From Malacoraja senta (lineage: Eukaryota), in contig CM075998.1 of assembly GCA_038087875.1 (NCBI GenBank), positions 6,202,001-6,266,000 on the forward strand: DNA of 64,000 bases. The letters are read 5' to 3'. The translations under genes and the position numbers were made by a program. A model generated the notes under the pieces. The model was not told where the DNA came from. It saw only the letters and a list, made by a program, of their open reading frames with translations, and made no database searches. Positions 39,410 through 53,201 of this stretch are shown here, piece after piece (position 1 is the stretch's first letter; every line of letters starts with the position of its first letter).

Positions 39410-42400
39410 TATTTCCTTCGCTCCATAGATGCTGCTGCACCCGCTGAGTTTCTCCAGCATTGTTGTGTACCTTCACCTGTCATTGGGATGGGTTCACCCG
39501 GCATGAATGGTTTGGGGTTACAACTGCCACCAATGACATTTTGTGCACCCAGGCATCTTGCACTAGACTCCAGAACTTGACGTCTCGAAGGTCAGAGGGT
39601 GGTGAATCTGTGGAATTCACTGTGGAATCGCCACAGACAGCTGAGGAGGCAAAGTCAGTGGATATACTTAAGGCAGAGATTGATAGATTCTTGATTAGTA
39701 CGGGAGTCAGGAGAATGGGGTTAGGAGGGAGAGATAGATCAGCCATGATTGAATGGTGGAGTAGACTTGATGGGCTGAATGGCCTAATTCTACTCCTATC
39801 ACTTATGACCTTATGACCTTATGAAGGAAGCAGTGGGGAGGGCTGGGCTGAATGTGGATGCACTGGGCTGGATGGCAACCATTGCTCCTTAGTGGCGTGG
39901 TACAGAGGCAGATCATCTCCACGTGCTGAGATCCTGGGAGCATTCAGACCTGCAGTCAACCCATCCCCATCTTGGACTTGCTGCTGGTAACTTCCCCCAC
40001 AGCACACTTCCACGCTTCACTCACCCTTTCCCACTTCAGTTACACGCATAGAAACATATGAAGTGTTCAGTTCATAAGTGCTAGGGACAGCATTAGGCCG
40101 TTGATGCTTTATAAGGCATTAGTCAGACCGTATTTGGAGTATTGTGAGCCCCATATCTGAGGAAGGATGTGCTGGCTCTGGAGAGCGTCCAGAGGAGGTT
40201 TACCAGAATGATCCCAGGAATGAGTGGGTTAACATACGATGAGCGTTTGTCGGCACTGGGCCTGTACTCGCTGGAGTTTAGAAGAATGAGGGGGGGACCT
40301 CATTGAAACGTTACCGAATAGTGAAAGGCCTGGATAGAGTGGATGTGGAGAGGATGTTTCCACTAGTGGGAGAGTCTAGGACTAGAGGGCACAGCCTCAG
40401 AATTAAAGGACGTTCCATTCGGAAGGAGATGAGGAGGAATTTCTTTAGTCAGAGGGTGGTGAATCTGTTGCCACAGGCGGCTGCGGAGGCCAAGTCAGTT
40501 GATATTTTTATTAATTAGGATCAGGAGAGGTTGATCTGCCATTCAATGCAGTCATGGCTGATCTAATTGTATCCTCAAGTCCGCATTCCTGTTCACCTTT
40601 TCACCCCTTTGCTGATCAAGTATCTAAATATATTAAACATTTGGTGCCCTTTAATGAAACGAGTTCCAAAGACTCAAAACCCGCCAAGAGAGAACAAAAA
40701 TTGCTTCATCTCTGTCTTAAATGGGCACCCCTTCTTTTTAAACAATGTCCGCCTAGTTCTAAACTCTCCCACAAGAGTTATAAGAAAGACGTTGTCAAGT
40801 TGCAAAGAGTGCAGAGATGATTTACGAGGCTGTTGCCAGGTCTGAGCTCTAGAGAGAGGTTGAGTAGGCTGGGTCTCTATTCCCTGGAGCGCAGGAGGAT
40901 GAGGGGTGATCTTATAGAGGTGTATATAATCATGAGAGGAATAGATCGGGTAGATGCACAGAGTCTCTTGCCCAGAGTAGGGGAATCGAGGACCAGAGGA
41001 CATAGGTTTAAGCTGAAGCAGGTAAGATTTAATAGGAATCTGAGGGGTAACTTCTTCAAGCAAAGGGTAGTGGGTGTATGGAACAAGCTGCCAGAGGCAG
41101 TTGAGGCAGGGACCATCGCAACGTTTAAGAATCATTTAGACAGGTACATGGATAGGACAGGTTTGGAGGGTTATGGACCAAGCGCAGGCAGGTGGGACTA
41201 GTGTAGCTGGGACAAGTTGGCCGGTGTGGGCAAGTTGGGCCGAAGGGCCTGTTTCCATGCTGCATCACTCTATGACTCCAAGAGGAAATATCCTCTCTAC
41301 ATCCATACTGTGAAGAGCCCTCAGGGTCTCGTATGTCTCAATCAAGGTCTCGACCACTCTTCTAAACTCACGCAGTTGCATATCAATCTCACCAAGACAA
41401 GCCGCCCATCCCAACAGCCCTCTGTGACCCAACAAGATCCAATGAGGCCGGAATGTGGAAAGATCCCAAATCCCTTGGCACAGGGGAAGCGTAGCATGGA
41501 AGTGGTGACATTGTGTTGGGGTGACATTTTGCACTCACTGCCTTGTTCAGCAAAGTCCAGAGGACAAGATGCACATCCCGTAACGTTGTCCGCTTCCTCC
41601 TGAGTGATCCTTAAGTCAGCACGTTGGGCTCTAGTTATCTACAGCTGGATATGTGTGGGCATTATGTTGACCATGGGTTAAATGTTCCTCGCGGCCACCA
41701 CTGGCTTCATTTCACAGCCTCAAACGGCCCACAGGAAGGGAAGGTTTCGAGGTTTGGGCATCGCGGTAGAGTTGCTGCCTCACAGCGCCAGAGACCCGGG
41801 TTCCATCCTGACTACGGGTGCTCTCTGTACAGAGTTTGTACCTTCTCTCCGTGACCTGCGTGGGTTTTCTCCGGAATCTTCGGTTTCCTCCAACATTGCG
41901 AAAATGTGCAGGTTTACAGGTTAATTGGCTTGGTAAAATTGTAAATCATCTCTAGTGTGTGTATGATAGTTAGTGTACGGGGATCGCTGGTCAGTACGGA
42001 CTCGTTGGGCCGAAGGGCCTGTTTCCGTGCTGTATCTCTAAACTAAGCTAAAAAAATGGTCCTAGTCGAGCTGCCGTTGGCTCGTTTGCTTGGAATTCTT
42101 TCTAACTGCTGACGACATTTGTTTTACTGCTCTGTTTCTCCTGTCACCATTGCAGCCTCTCACCATTCTTCAATGCTTTCAGTAACCAGATGTTTTTGAG
42201 TGTGCCTTGCTCTCAGCCACCCAGCTGCTGCTGTTGATATGCCAACTTTCCACATTTCCATCCGTGCCTCTGGGCACCTGGGTACATGTTGTGCATCGGA
42301 AATGGCCAGCGGGTAGAGATTTGTCTTTGGCTTCGCTGGGAAACAGACCCCCAGTTGTAGACCTCCTCAACTCCATTCCCCAGAACCCGGTCCCATTGAC

Positions 42401-42877
42401 GTCAGCCTCTATTACCATGTGGGGAGTGAACTACAATGTAGATCCTACAGGAAGCCCACCTGCCTTGAGTTGGCGTTTTGCTGGAACGTGGATCGAAGGG
42501 TCTTGTTCGTGGGGCAGTCTGGGAGGGTGCCGGTTTTATGACATCAAGGCCCAAAAGCATGAACAAATCTTCCAAAATGAAAATCCCATGACTGCAAGCT
42601 TTGCAAAGCTCCCTGATCCTCACCTCAGCTTTCCGTAAGTTCTAGGAGCGGAATTAGGCCATTCGGCCCATCAAGTCTACTCCGCCGTTCAATCATGGCT
42701 GATCTATCTCTCCCTCCTAACCTCATTCTCCTGCCTTCTCCATTTTAACACATGTGTACTCTTCCTGTTAATCCAACGGAAGAAGATGCCTGGGGTCATC
42801 TGCCCTCAAAGGGGCAACGTGTTAACTGACGTTGGATGGGGGTGATGAAAAGAGATTTTTATCCCGTTGTGACCTAG

Positions 42878-43030
42878 GTTTGACATTGACCTTGTGGAGA
42901 ATGGTGATGATGGTGCACTCGACAAACCCAAACCCTGGGGCAGGTCTATAGAAGATTTGCACCAGAGCAATGTCCTGCCCCTGGCTTTCAGCAACAGCCT
43001 GTCTCGCTCTGCCAGGCAATCTATCCTACG
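42878..43030 (+). CDS. FMNL3: FMNL3 exon 6 equivalent: (M)[50 protein letters not shown](R)
   Basis: CCTAG acceptor, 153 nt, GTATGT donor; resembles the FMNL3-type variable loop (GDDGA..K...W.RSIEDL...NSL.RSARQS.LR), the main reason for preferring FMNL3 over FMNL1/2. Confidence 0.92.
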
Positions 43031-44197
43031 GTATGTATGGCTCAGCTTCTAACTGGTGCCGGGGATGCAACGAGTGTCTACGGTTCAGCCGTGGATGGGT
43101 GAGCATCACTCACCCACCCACTCCCACCCCCACTCCCACCCCCACTCCCACCCCCACACCATCACAGCACATGGCGGCACGGTGGAGCAGCGGTAGAGTT
43201 GCTGCCTCACAGAGCCAGAGACCCGGGTTCCATCCTGACTACGGGTGCTGCCTGTACGGAGTTTGCATGTTCTCCCTGTGACCACGTGGGTTTTCTCCGG
43301 GAGCTCCGGTTTCCTCCCACACTCCAAAGACGTGCAGGTTTATAGGTTAATTGGCTTTGATAAAGATTGTAAACTGTCCCTAGTGTGTGTAGGATAGTGT
43401 TAGTATGCGGGGATCACTGGGCGGCATGGACTCGATGGGCCGAAGGGCCTGTTTCCGCGCTGTATCTCTAAACTAGACTAAACGCAGCAGTTGTGCAATT
43501 GAAATTAAGTTAATAATCTGAATGTGGAAGAACCAATGAGCCACACTAATGCTGATCAGTGAAAGGACCTGTTGTTGTAAAAACCTACATGATGCACTCA
43601 TTCTAGTGAGGGATGGTCATTGTAATCTATGTGACTCCAGGCACACCACTGTGGCAAGCTCTTCAATTGGCTCAGTTATAAGCGGTTCACCAGGGATGGA
43701 CAATAAATGTCAGCTATGCCCAGCAACGCCTCAAGTGATAGGAACAGAATTAGGCCATTCAGCCCATCATGACTACTCTGCCATTCAATCATGCCTGATC
43801 TCTCCCTCCTAACCCCATTCTCCTGCCTTCTCCCCATAACCCCTGACACCCGTACTAGTCAGGACTTTGTCAATCTCCGCCTTAAAAAAACCGCAATGAC
43901 TTGGCCTCTACAGCCGCCCAGCCTGGCCCAGCTTGGGCCTGGCGAGATTTAACACAGGCTTCTGGAGCACACATGAGCCTTGGGACATGTCTATAACTCT
44001 CACTGTCAGGGCCCCGCTGTTGGGGAATGGCAAGGCAAATTAAAGCGAGCATCTCTTTTCTCTCCACACTCGGATTCCAGGAGGGCTGGGTGTACATACT
44101 GCCCTAGCTCTCACTGGAAGATCACATCAGTAACGGACCTGTCGACAGTCCAGCACTGCCAGGATGACCATCACAAACCCAACGCTGAAGAAGGAGG

Positions 44198-44413
44198 TAG
44201 ACACAAAATGCTGGAGCAACTCAGCGGGAAAGGCAACATCTCTGGAGAGAAGGAATGGGTGATGTTTCGTGTTCAGTCTGAAGAAGGGTCTCGACCCGAA
44301 ACGTCAACCATTCCTTCTCTCCAGAGATGCTGCCTGTCCCGCTGAGTTACTCCAGCATTCTGTGTCTACCTTTGGTTTAAACCAGCAACTGCAGTTCCTT
44401 CCTACACATTCCG
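44198..44413. mobile_element. Palindromic PLE-derived insertion with intact hammerhead core and 14-bp TSD
   Basis: TSD GCTGAAGAAGGAGG at 44184-44197 and 44414-44427; CTGAAGAAGGGTCTCGACCCGAAACGTC at 44278. Confidence 0.82.
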
Positions 44414-45029
44414 GCTGAAGAAGGAGGAGGCCACTCGGCCCCTCATATCAGCTCTGCTGGTCAACACGACCCTGGTTGATCTACCTAATTCCACTTCCAT
44501 GCACCAACGTTAATATTGAATAACCTCTCCATGCCCGGTCTACCCAGCAACTAAACCTCTTGAATAAAGACCTTTCCCCATCGGGCAAGAGGTACAGAAG
44601 TGTGAAAACAAACGCACACCTCCAGATTCAGGGACAGTTTCTTCCCGGCTGTTATCAGGCAACTGAACCACCCTACCACACCCAGAGAGTGGTCCTGAAC
44701 TACTATCTACCTCACTGGAGACCCTCGGACTATCCTTGATCAGACTTTACTGGCTTTACCTTGCACTAAACCTTATTCACATTATTCCCTTTATCATGTA
44801 TCTGTACACTGTGGACGGCTCGATTATAATCACGTATTGTCTTTCCGCTGACTGGTTAGCTCGCAACTAAAGCTTTTCACTGCACCTTGGTACACGGGAC
44901 AATAAGATAAATTAAAAAATTAAAGTAAAGAAGATCTCAATTTGGTGGATCTTTGTGAAGATCTATTCACTCACAGGATGTGGCGTCACTGGCCCTGCCA
45001 ATGTTTACTGGCCATTTCTAGTTGCCCCT

Positions 45030-45229
45030 NNNNNNNNNNNNNNNNNNNNNNNNNNNNNNNNNNNNNNNNNNNNNNNNNNNNNNNNNNNNNNNNNNNNNNN
45101 NNNNNNNNNNNNNNNNNNNNNNNNNNNNNNNNNNNNNNNNNNNNNNNNNNNNNNNNNNNNNNNNNNNNNNNNNNNNNNNNNNNNNNNNNNNNNNNNNNNN
45201 NNNNNNNNNNNNNNNNNNNNNNNNNNNNN
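45030..45229. other. Assembly gap (200 N)
   Basis: Run of N; true size unknown. Confidence 1.
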
Positions 45230-46142
45230 CCCACAGCAGGCCGGCACGGTGGGGCAGCGGTAGAGTTGCTGCCTCACAGCGCCGGAGACCCGGGTTCCAT
45301 CCTGACCACGGGTGCTGTCTGTGTGGAGTTTGTACGTTCTCCCCGTGGGTTTTCTCCGGGTGCTCCTGTTTCCTCTCACACTCCGAAGATGTGTCGGTTT
45401 GTAGGTTATTGGGCTTCGGTCCTAGTGTTTAGGATAGTATGGTGTGATCGCTGATCAGTGTGGACTCGGTGGGCTGAAGGACCTATTTCCACATTTGTAT
45501 CTCTATAGGAAAAGTCTAAACCCAGATTCTGCATTCCCCACATTATGACTGACCACATTTCATGAGAAGATTGATGACTATTTGATTTGCTGTAAAGGCC
45601 TTTGGAAACAGGCCCTTCGGCCCACTGAGTTCGTGATGACCAGCGATCACCCCGTATACTAGCACATTTCCTACCCACTCTGGATTATTTACAATTTTAC
45701 GAAAGGCAAATTAGCCTTCAAACTTGTATGTCTTTGGAGTGTGGGAGGAAACCGGAGCACCCGGAGAAAGCCCACACAGGTCAGGAATCGTCTCCCTGGG
45801 CAGAAGGGCCTCGCAAGCTTTAAATGACTTGTCCGCCTCTCTATTGTCGCAGTTACACAATGCTCCTGTGAAAGCTCTCTGACATGTCGGAGGCACCGTA
45901 TGCAGGTCGATGATCCCATGTCTCATCTAAGAGGCCCAAACGTTGTGTGTGATCGGGCGGCCGAGTGCTGCCAAACCATTTTGGTGCGAATACCTTTAAC
46001 ACGGTTTTTGCTCCAGTGATCCAGGTTTCCAGAGGAATGGGCATCACTGCCACGTTGCCAACTGGAGCAGGCCTCATGGTGGCAGGGTATGGGTATGCCA
46101 CCTGTCTGTCGGTGACTGCATAATTCTGATTGTCTTCCACAG

Positions 46143-46251
46143 CTACAACACGCTGCCCGACAGGAAGTTTCTGAAGAATTCCAGGCTTGTGTGCCAGAAG
46201 GATGATGTCCATGTCTGTATCATGTGTTTACGGGCAGTAATGAACTACCAG
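46143..46251 (+). CDS. FMNL3: FMNL3 exon 7 equivalent: (R)[36 protein letters not shown]
   Basis: TTCCACAG acceptor, 109 nt, GTATTG donor; CG|C junction keeps frame across the assembly gap. Confidence 0.95.
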
Positions 46252-46683
46252 GTATTGCCAATTCCAACTGGGACTCCTCTGAATAGTTATTTATCTTGTA
46301 ACCCGCCCATGCTCAATAACATTCCATCCACTGGGTCTTTCAATAGACAATAGACAATAGACAATAGACAATAGGTGCAGGAGTAGGCCATTCGGCCCTT
46401 CGAGCCAGCACCGCCATTCAATGTGATCATGGCTGATCATCCCCAATCAGTACCCCGTTCCTGCCTTCTCCCCATATCCCCTGACTCCGCTATTTTTAAG
46501 AGCCCTATCTAGCTCTCTCTTGAAAGCATCCAGAGAACCTTCCTCCACCGCCCTCTGAGGCAGAGAATTCCACAGACTCACCACTCTCTGTGTGAAAAAG
46601 TGTTTCCTCGTCTCCGTTTCATCAAAGGTTTATTCAGTAACAAGAGACGACGATCTAATGATATCCCCTCCTTTTTTTTACAG

Positions 46684-46760
46684 TACGGCTTCAATTTAGT
46701 TATGTCCCACCCGCACGCCGTCAATGAAATCGCACTTAGCCTGAACAACAAGAATCCCAG
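46684..46760 (+). CDS. FMNL3: FMNL3 exon 8 equivalent: [25 protein letters not shown](R)
   Basis: TTTTTTTTACAG acceptor, 77 nt, GTAAGT donor. Confidence 0.95.
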
Positions 46761-47143
46761 GTAAGTAATCTGTTCCATCTCATTAGTCTGCACTCAGCAC
46801 GAATCCGCTCTTCAGCCCGCAGAAGGGTCCCGACCCGAAACGGTAGCTCACAACCCAACAGGAGAACATTGAAGATGGACACAAAATGCTGGAGTAACTC
46901 AGCGGGACAGGCAGCATCTGTGGAGAGAAGGAATGGGTGACGTTTCGAGTCGAGACCCTTCTTCAGATTGAGAGTTAGGGGAGAAGGAAACTAGAGGTAT
47001 GACAATAGACAACAGACAATTGACAATAGGTGCAGGAGGAGGCCATTCGGACCTTCAAGCCAGCACAGCCATTCACTGTGATCATGGCTGATCATCCACA
47101 ATCAGTATCCCGTTCCTGCCTTCTCCCCATATCCCTTGACAAA

Positions 47144-47566
47144 TCTCTGGGTGAAAAAGTGTTTCCTCATCTCCATTCTAAACGCCTTACCCCTTATTTT
47201 TATACTGTGGCTCCTGGTCTGGTTCTGGAATCCCCAACATTGGAAAGATGTTTCCTGCCTCTTGCGTGTCCAATCCCTTAATAATCTTATATGTTTCAAC
47301 AAGATCCCCTCTCATCCTTTTAAATTCCAGAGTGTACAAGCCCAGTCGCTCCATTCTTTCAAAATATGACAGTCCCGCCGTCCTGGGAATTAACCTGGTG
47401 AACCTACGCTGCACTCCCTCAATAGCAAGAATGTCCCTCGTCAAATTTGGAGACCAAAACTGCACACAATACTCCAGGTGTGGTCTCACCAGGGCCCTGT
47501 ACATCTGCAGAAGGACCTCTTTACTCCGATACTCCATGCCATTCGCTTTCTTCACTGCCTGCTGTA
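47144..47566 (-). mobile_element. CR1-type LINE fragment
   Basis: QQAVKKANGM..YRSKEVLLQMYRALVRPHLEYCVQFWSP on minus strand. Confidence 0.88.
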
Positions 47567-47593
47567 CCTTGAGTCTGAGGGAGTGTCCCAACT

Positions 47594-48117
47594 TGAAACG
47601 TCACCTATCCATGTTCTCCAGAGATGCTGCCTGACCCGCTGAGTTACTCCAGCACTCTGTGAAACGTCACCTATCCATGTTCTGCACAGATGCTGCCTGA
47701 CCCGCTGAGTTACTCCAGCACTCTGGGAAACGTCACCTATCCATGTTCCGGCAGCATCTATGGAGCGAAGGAAATAGGCAAAGTTTCGGCCCGAAACCCT
47801 TCCGGGTTTCGGCCCGAAACGTTGCCTATTTCCTTCAGGGTTTCGGCCCGAAAGGTTGCCCATTTCCTTCGCTCCACAGATGCTGTCTGACCCGCTGAGT
47901 TACTCCAGCACTCTGTGAAACGTCACCTATCCATGTTCTCCACAGATGCTGCCTGACCCGCTGAGTTACTCCAGCACTCTGTGAAACGTCACCTATCCAT
48001 GTTCTCCACAGATGCTGCCTGACCCGCTGAGTTACTCCAGCACTCTGTGAAACGTCACCTATCCATGTTCTCCACAGATGCTGCCTGACCCGCTGAGTTA
48101 CTCCAGCACCTTTGTGT
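47594..48117 (+). repeat. Second copy (inverted) of the composite 66-bp/34-bp PLE array
   Basis: Reverse complement of 20474-21100 including the same insert, junctions and diagnostic substitutions. Confidence 0.9.
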
Positions 48118-50067
48118 CAGTCAGCTCACTCTGGTGACTTGCACTCAACATGAAGAAAATGTGCAGGCCCATTCTTCCCCACATCCTCCATGGAAGGTGC
48201 AAACTGATGCTGGGAGCATCTCATCTCCCCCCCACCCCAATACTGCTCACTCATTAGGCCGTGGGTCTGGGCAGATGAATTGGAAGTGGCCACTGGGCCA
48301 ACATCTGACTATTCAGTGAGGTGATGGTGGAACTGGCTATCGGCAAGTTTCACGGAGGACAATACTTTGTTCACCATTCTAAGCATTCACTCCCTGCACC
48401 TCTGGTTCACTGTGACAATAGTGTGTCCCATCTTAAACATGCATTGCTGTAAACTTACCCAGAGTAGTCCGACAACAATTCCCACACTTCGACCTCCACC
48501 ACCAAGCGGGAGAGAAGGGGGCAGGTGCAGGGGAGCACCACCACCTGTATAAAAGGTGGGATAAAACCACGAGCGCAATAGATCGGGTAGATGCACAGAG
48601 TCTCTTGCCCAAAGTCGGTGAATCCAGGACCAGAGGACATAGGTTTAAGGTGAAGGGGGAAAGATTCACTGGGAATCTGAGGGGTAACATTTCCACACAG
48701 AGGGTGGTGGGTGTATGGAACAAGCTGCCAGAGGAGGTAGTTTGAGGCAGTTAGGTACATGGATAGGGCAGGTTTGGAGGGATATGGACCAAACGCAGGT
48801 GGGAGGGACAAGTGTAGATGGGACATGTTGGTCGGTGTGGGCAAGTTGGGCCAAAGGGCCTGTTTCCACTCTGTATCACTCTATGACCTGTGGGTTCCTC
48901 TCCCACTCAACAAATCATGGCCACTTGGAAATATATCTGCCTTTCCTTCATCTAAACCCTGGCACTCCCTCCCCACCAGCACCGAGGGACCACCTTCTCC
49001 AGAAGGACTGCAGCGGTTCAAGATGGCGGCTCACCCCCACCTTCTCAAGGGGCGGTTAGGGATGGGCAATAACTGTGACCAATCCTTCGCCGCATCAAGG
49101 AATAACAGGCTGCTAGACGGTTAATGGCCGGATGTGCAGTGTCTTCTCTTCAGCGAGAGGATAGAATTGCCAGCCTTGCCACTCAGGAATCCAGGAATGA
49201 GTGGGTTAACATATGATGAGCGTTTGACGGCACTGGGCCTGTACTCGCTGGAGTTTAGAACAATGAGGGGGGGACCTCATTGAAACTTACCGCATAGTGA
49301 AAGGCCTGGATAGAGTGGATGTGGAGAGGATGTTTCCACTGGTCGGAGAGTCTAGGACCAGAGGGCACAGCCTCAGAATTAATGGACATTCTTTTGGGAG
49401 GAGATGAGGAGAAATGTCTTTAGTCAGAGGGTGGAGGCAACATCAGTGGATATATTTAAGGCAGAGATAGATTGTTGATTAGTACGGGTGTCAGAGGTTA
49501 TGGGGAAAAGGCAGGAGAATGGAGTTAGGAGGGAGAGATAGATCAGCCATGATCGAATGGCAGACTCGATGGGCCGAATGGCCTGATTCTGCTCCTATTC
49601 CTTATGACCTATGACCTATAAGCGCTGCACAGTGTGTCACCATGGTGACACAGCGGGGTGGTCATGCAGAGATCCTTGGCTTTGCCCACTCGGCTGCCGC
49701 AGTGCCAACGCTGCAGCTGCACTGGTGCTGAGAAACATCTTGTGAAGGGCACTGGCAGCGGGCACCATTCCCCTCAACCAGTGACCTGCCTTGCCCCCTT
49801 CCCCACCCACCATCTTCCCTTCTGACACTGCTGCCCTTTGTTCTGAATGCAACTCAGAGGAGGAATTTCTTTAGTCAGAGGGTGGTGAATCTGTGGAATT
49901 CTTTGCCACAGACGGCCGTGGAGGACAAGTCAGTGGGTGATTTATAAGGCGCACATTGATAGGTTGTTGATTAGTATGGGTGTCAGGGGTTATGGGGAGA
50001 AGGCAGGAGAATGGGGTCAGGAGGGAGAGATAGATCAGCTGTGATTGTATGGTGGAGTAGACTTGAT

Positions 50068-51246
50068 TTGCCAAAGATGGCACCTACCTGTGGCAACATT
50101 TTGGGAACAGCACAAAGAAAAGCAGTAAGATACAGCATTTATATACTCACCTGCATCAGGAAATCCCCTGAAATCAACGCTGTAAGTAGCATGCATTAGC
50201 GCTAATGAGAACTCCAGATGGTAGCTCCAGTAAGGGAATCCCCGATCAGAGGGGATTCCCCAACCTCGCGGAGGAGCGCAGGTACAGGAAGAACCTTACC
50301 TGCAAACACCGGGGAGGCCTTCATGGAGTCCGGAATCGAGGCCGTCGGGTAGGGTCTCCCAGCAGCAACGGAGCTGGAGGTGCCGACTGTAAGGGAATTC
50401 CCGATCTCAGGGGAATCCCCGACCTCGCGGAGACCCGTAAGTACTCTACCTTTAAACACCGAGGAGGGCTCCATGGAGTACGGAAACGTGGCCGTCGGGC
50501 AGGATTACAGGTCAGACTGAAGCGCAGGGGACTTCGGCCCACTCTCCCTATTATCCTACTGGACAACGTACAGTCACTAGAAAACAAAGTGGAGGACTTA
50601 AGGGCAAGGCTGCTTTATGAAAGGGAGCTGAGGGAATGCTCTGTGTTCTGTTTCACAGAGACATGTCTCACCCCAGCTCCCCAGACTCAGCGGGCCAGCC
50701 TGAAGGGTTCTCCATCCACCGTATGGACGTACACTGGCATCTGGGAAAGGGAGAGGAGGGGGCGTCTGCCTCATGGTCAACTCTGCGTGGTGCTCAGACG
50801 TGGCAGTCCTGTCCAACTCCTGCTCTCCACACCTGGAACATCTGGCGGTGAAGTGCCGTCTCTTCTACCTCCCAAGGGAATTCACCTCCATCATCATGAC
50901 CGCGGTCTACATCCCACCCCAGGCAGACGTCCGTCTGGCACTGGAGGAGCTGCACGCCGTGGTCAACAAACACCAGACGTCTTACCCGAGGCATTTACCA
51001 CCATTGCTGGGGACTTCAATAAGGCAAACCTAAAGAAATCACTCCCTAACTTCCACCAACATGTCTCCTGCTGCACCAGAGGACCAAACACCCTCGACCA
51101 TTGCTACACCACCATCAAGGATGCCTATCGCTCTATCCCTCGCCCTCACTTCGGTAAATCCGTCCATACCGCAGTGCTGCTTCTTCCTGCCTACAGGCAG
51201 CAATTAAAGAGCGCACCCCCAGAGGTGAGCACAGTACAGAGCTGGT

Positions 51247-51285
<39 letters not shown>

Positions 51286-53201
51286 CGCAGAGGAACAACT
51301 CCAGGACTGTTTGGAGTCTGTAGACTGGGCAATGTTCAGGGACTCGGCAACGGACCTGAACGAATACGCCACAGCTGTTACAGACTTCATTAAGAAGTGT
51401 GTGGAGGACTGTATCCCTACAAAAACCTTTCCCAAGGTGGCGGGGCCTGAATGCAATCACCTCTTACAAGTCGAAATCAGGAGGTAGCTCGAATGTCGGC
51501 GAAACATCACTCCGTGATGAGCTCAATGCGTTTTACGCACGCTTTGATAGGGAGAACACCGATGTGCCTTCTCAAGCCCCCATTCGCTGTGATGGTATTT
51601 CAGTCACAGTCACAGAGGCCGACGTCAAGAAATCCTTCAGAGCGGTGAACCCTCGGAAAGCGCCTGGACCTGATGGTATACCCGGTCGTGTTCTAAAAAC
51701 CTGTGCGGACCAACTGGCTGGAATTTTTACGGACATTTTCAACCTCTCACTTCTGAGGTCTGAGGTCCCCACCTGCTTTAAAAGGGCATCAATTATACCA
51801 GTGCCCAAGAAGAGTAAGGTGACGTGCCTCAATGACTATCGACCTGTGGCACTAACGCCTGTGGTGATGAAGTGCTTTGAGGGGTTGATCATGACGCAGA
51901 TCAACTCCTACCTCGACAAAAACCTGGACCCACTGTAGTTCGCTTACCGCCACAACAGATCAACGGTGGATGCGATCTCGCTGGCCCTCCACTCCGCTCT
52001 GGACCACTTGGACAACAAAAACTCATATGTCAGGCTGTTATTCATCGATTACAGCTCGGCATTTAACACAATCATCCCCTCCAAGCTGGTTACCAAACTC
52101 GCAGAACTGGGTCTCTGCACATCCCTCTGCAATTGGATCCTCGACTTCCTCACTCTCAGACCACAGTCTGTTCATATTGGTGGAAATGTGTCAGACTCGA
52201 TAACAATCAACACGGGAGCACCTCAAGGCTGCGTGCTCAGCCCCCTGCTGTACTCACTCTATACTCATGACTGCGTAGCCGGACATAGTGCGAACTCCAT
52301 CATCAAGTTCGCTGACGACACCACTGTTGTGGGACGTATCACTGATGGGGATGAGTCAGAGTATAGAAGAGAGATCGAGCAACTGTCCATATGGTGCCAG
52401 CACAATAACCTGGCCCTCAACACCAGCAAAACCAAGGAACTGATTGTGGACTTTGGACGTGGTAGGATGGGGACACCCAGTCCCGTTTATATCAACGGGT
52501 CGATGGTTGAAAGGGTCAAGAGCTTCAAATTCCTGGGCGTGCACATCTCCGAAGATCTTTCCTGGTCCCAGAACACTGATGCAATTGTAAAGAGAGCACA
52601 TCAGCACCTCTACTTCCTGAGAAGATTACGGAGAGTCGTATGTCAAGGAGGACTCTCTCTAACTTCTACAGGTGCACAGTAGAGAGCATGCTGACCGGTT
52701 GCATTGTGGCTTGGTTCGGCAACTTGAGCGCCCAGGAGCGGAAAAGACTGCAAAAAGTAGTAAACACTGCCCAGTCCATCATCGGCTCTGACCTCCCTTC
52801 CATCGAGAGGATCTATCGCAGTCGCTGCCTCAAAAAGGCTGCCAGCATCATCAAGGACCCACACCATCCTGGCCACACACTCATCTCCCCGACTACCTTC
52901 AGGTAGAAGGTACAGGAGCCTGAAGACTGCAACGACCAGGTTCAGGAATAGCTACTTCCCCACAGCCATCAGGCTATTAAACTTGGCTCGGACAAAACTC
53001 TGAAAATTAATAGCCCATTATCTGTTATTTGCACTTTATCAGTTTATTTATTCATGTGTGTATATATTTATATAATGGTATATGGACACACTGATCTGTT
53101 TTGTAGTCAATGCCTACTATGTTCTGTTGTGCTGAAGCAAAGCAAGAATTGCATTGTCCTATCAGGGACACATGACAATAAACTCACTTGAATCTTGAAT
53201 C
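50068..53201 (+). mobile_element. Decayed near-full-length Rex1/Babar-like LINE (APE + RT)
   Basis: ILLDNVQSLENK...CFTET and AGDFN, TRGPNTLDHCY (APE); [42 protein letters not shown] (RT); several frameshifts, stop at 51936-51938, apparent internal deletion near 51433; AATAAA plus (CTTGAAT) tail. Confidence 0.85.

Noticed and set aside
45030..45229. Missing FMNL3 exon in the gap
   Set aside because: Exons 6 and 7 join in frame and are colinear with the recalled FMNL3 protein; an optional exon cannot be excluded but is not needed.
47594..48117. 66-bp unit as a complete hammerhead
   Set aside because: Contains GAAACGTC, but the upstream CTGAGTTA does not fit CUGANGA and no convincing stem II forms.
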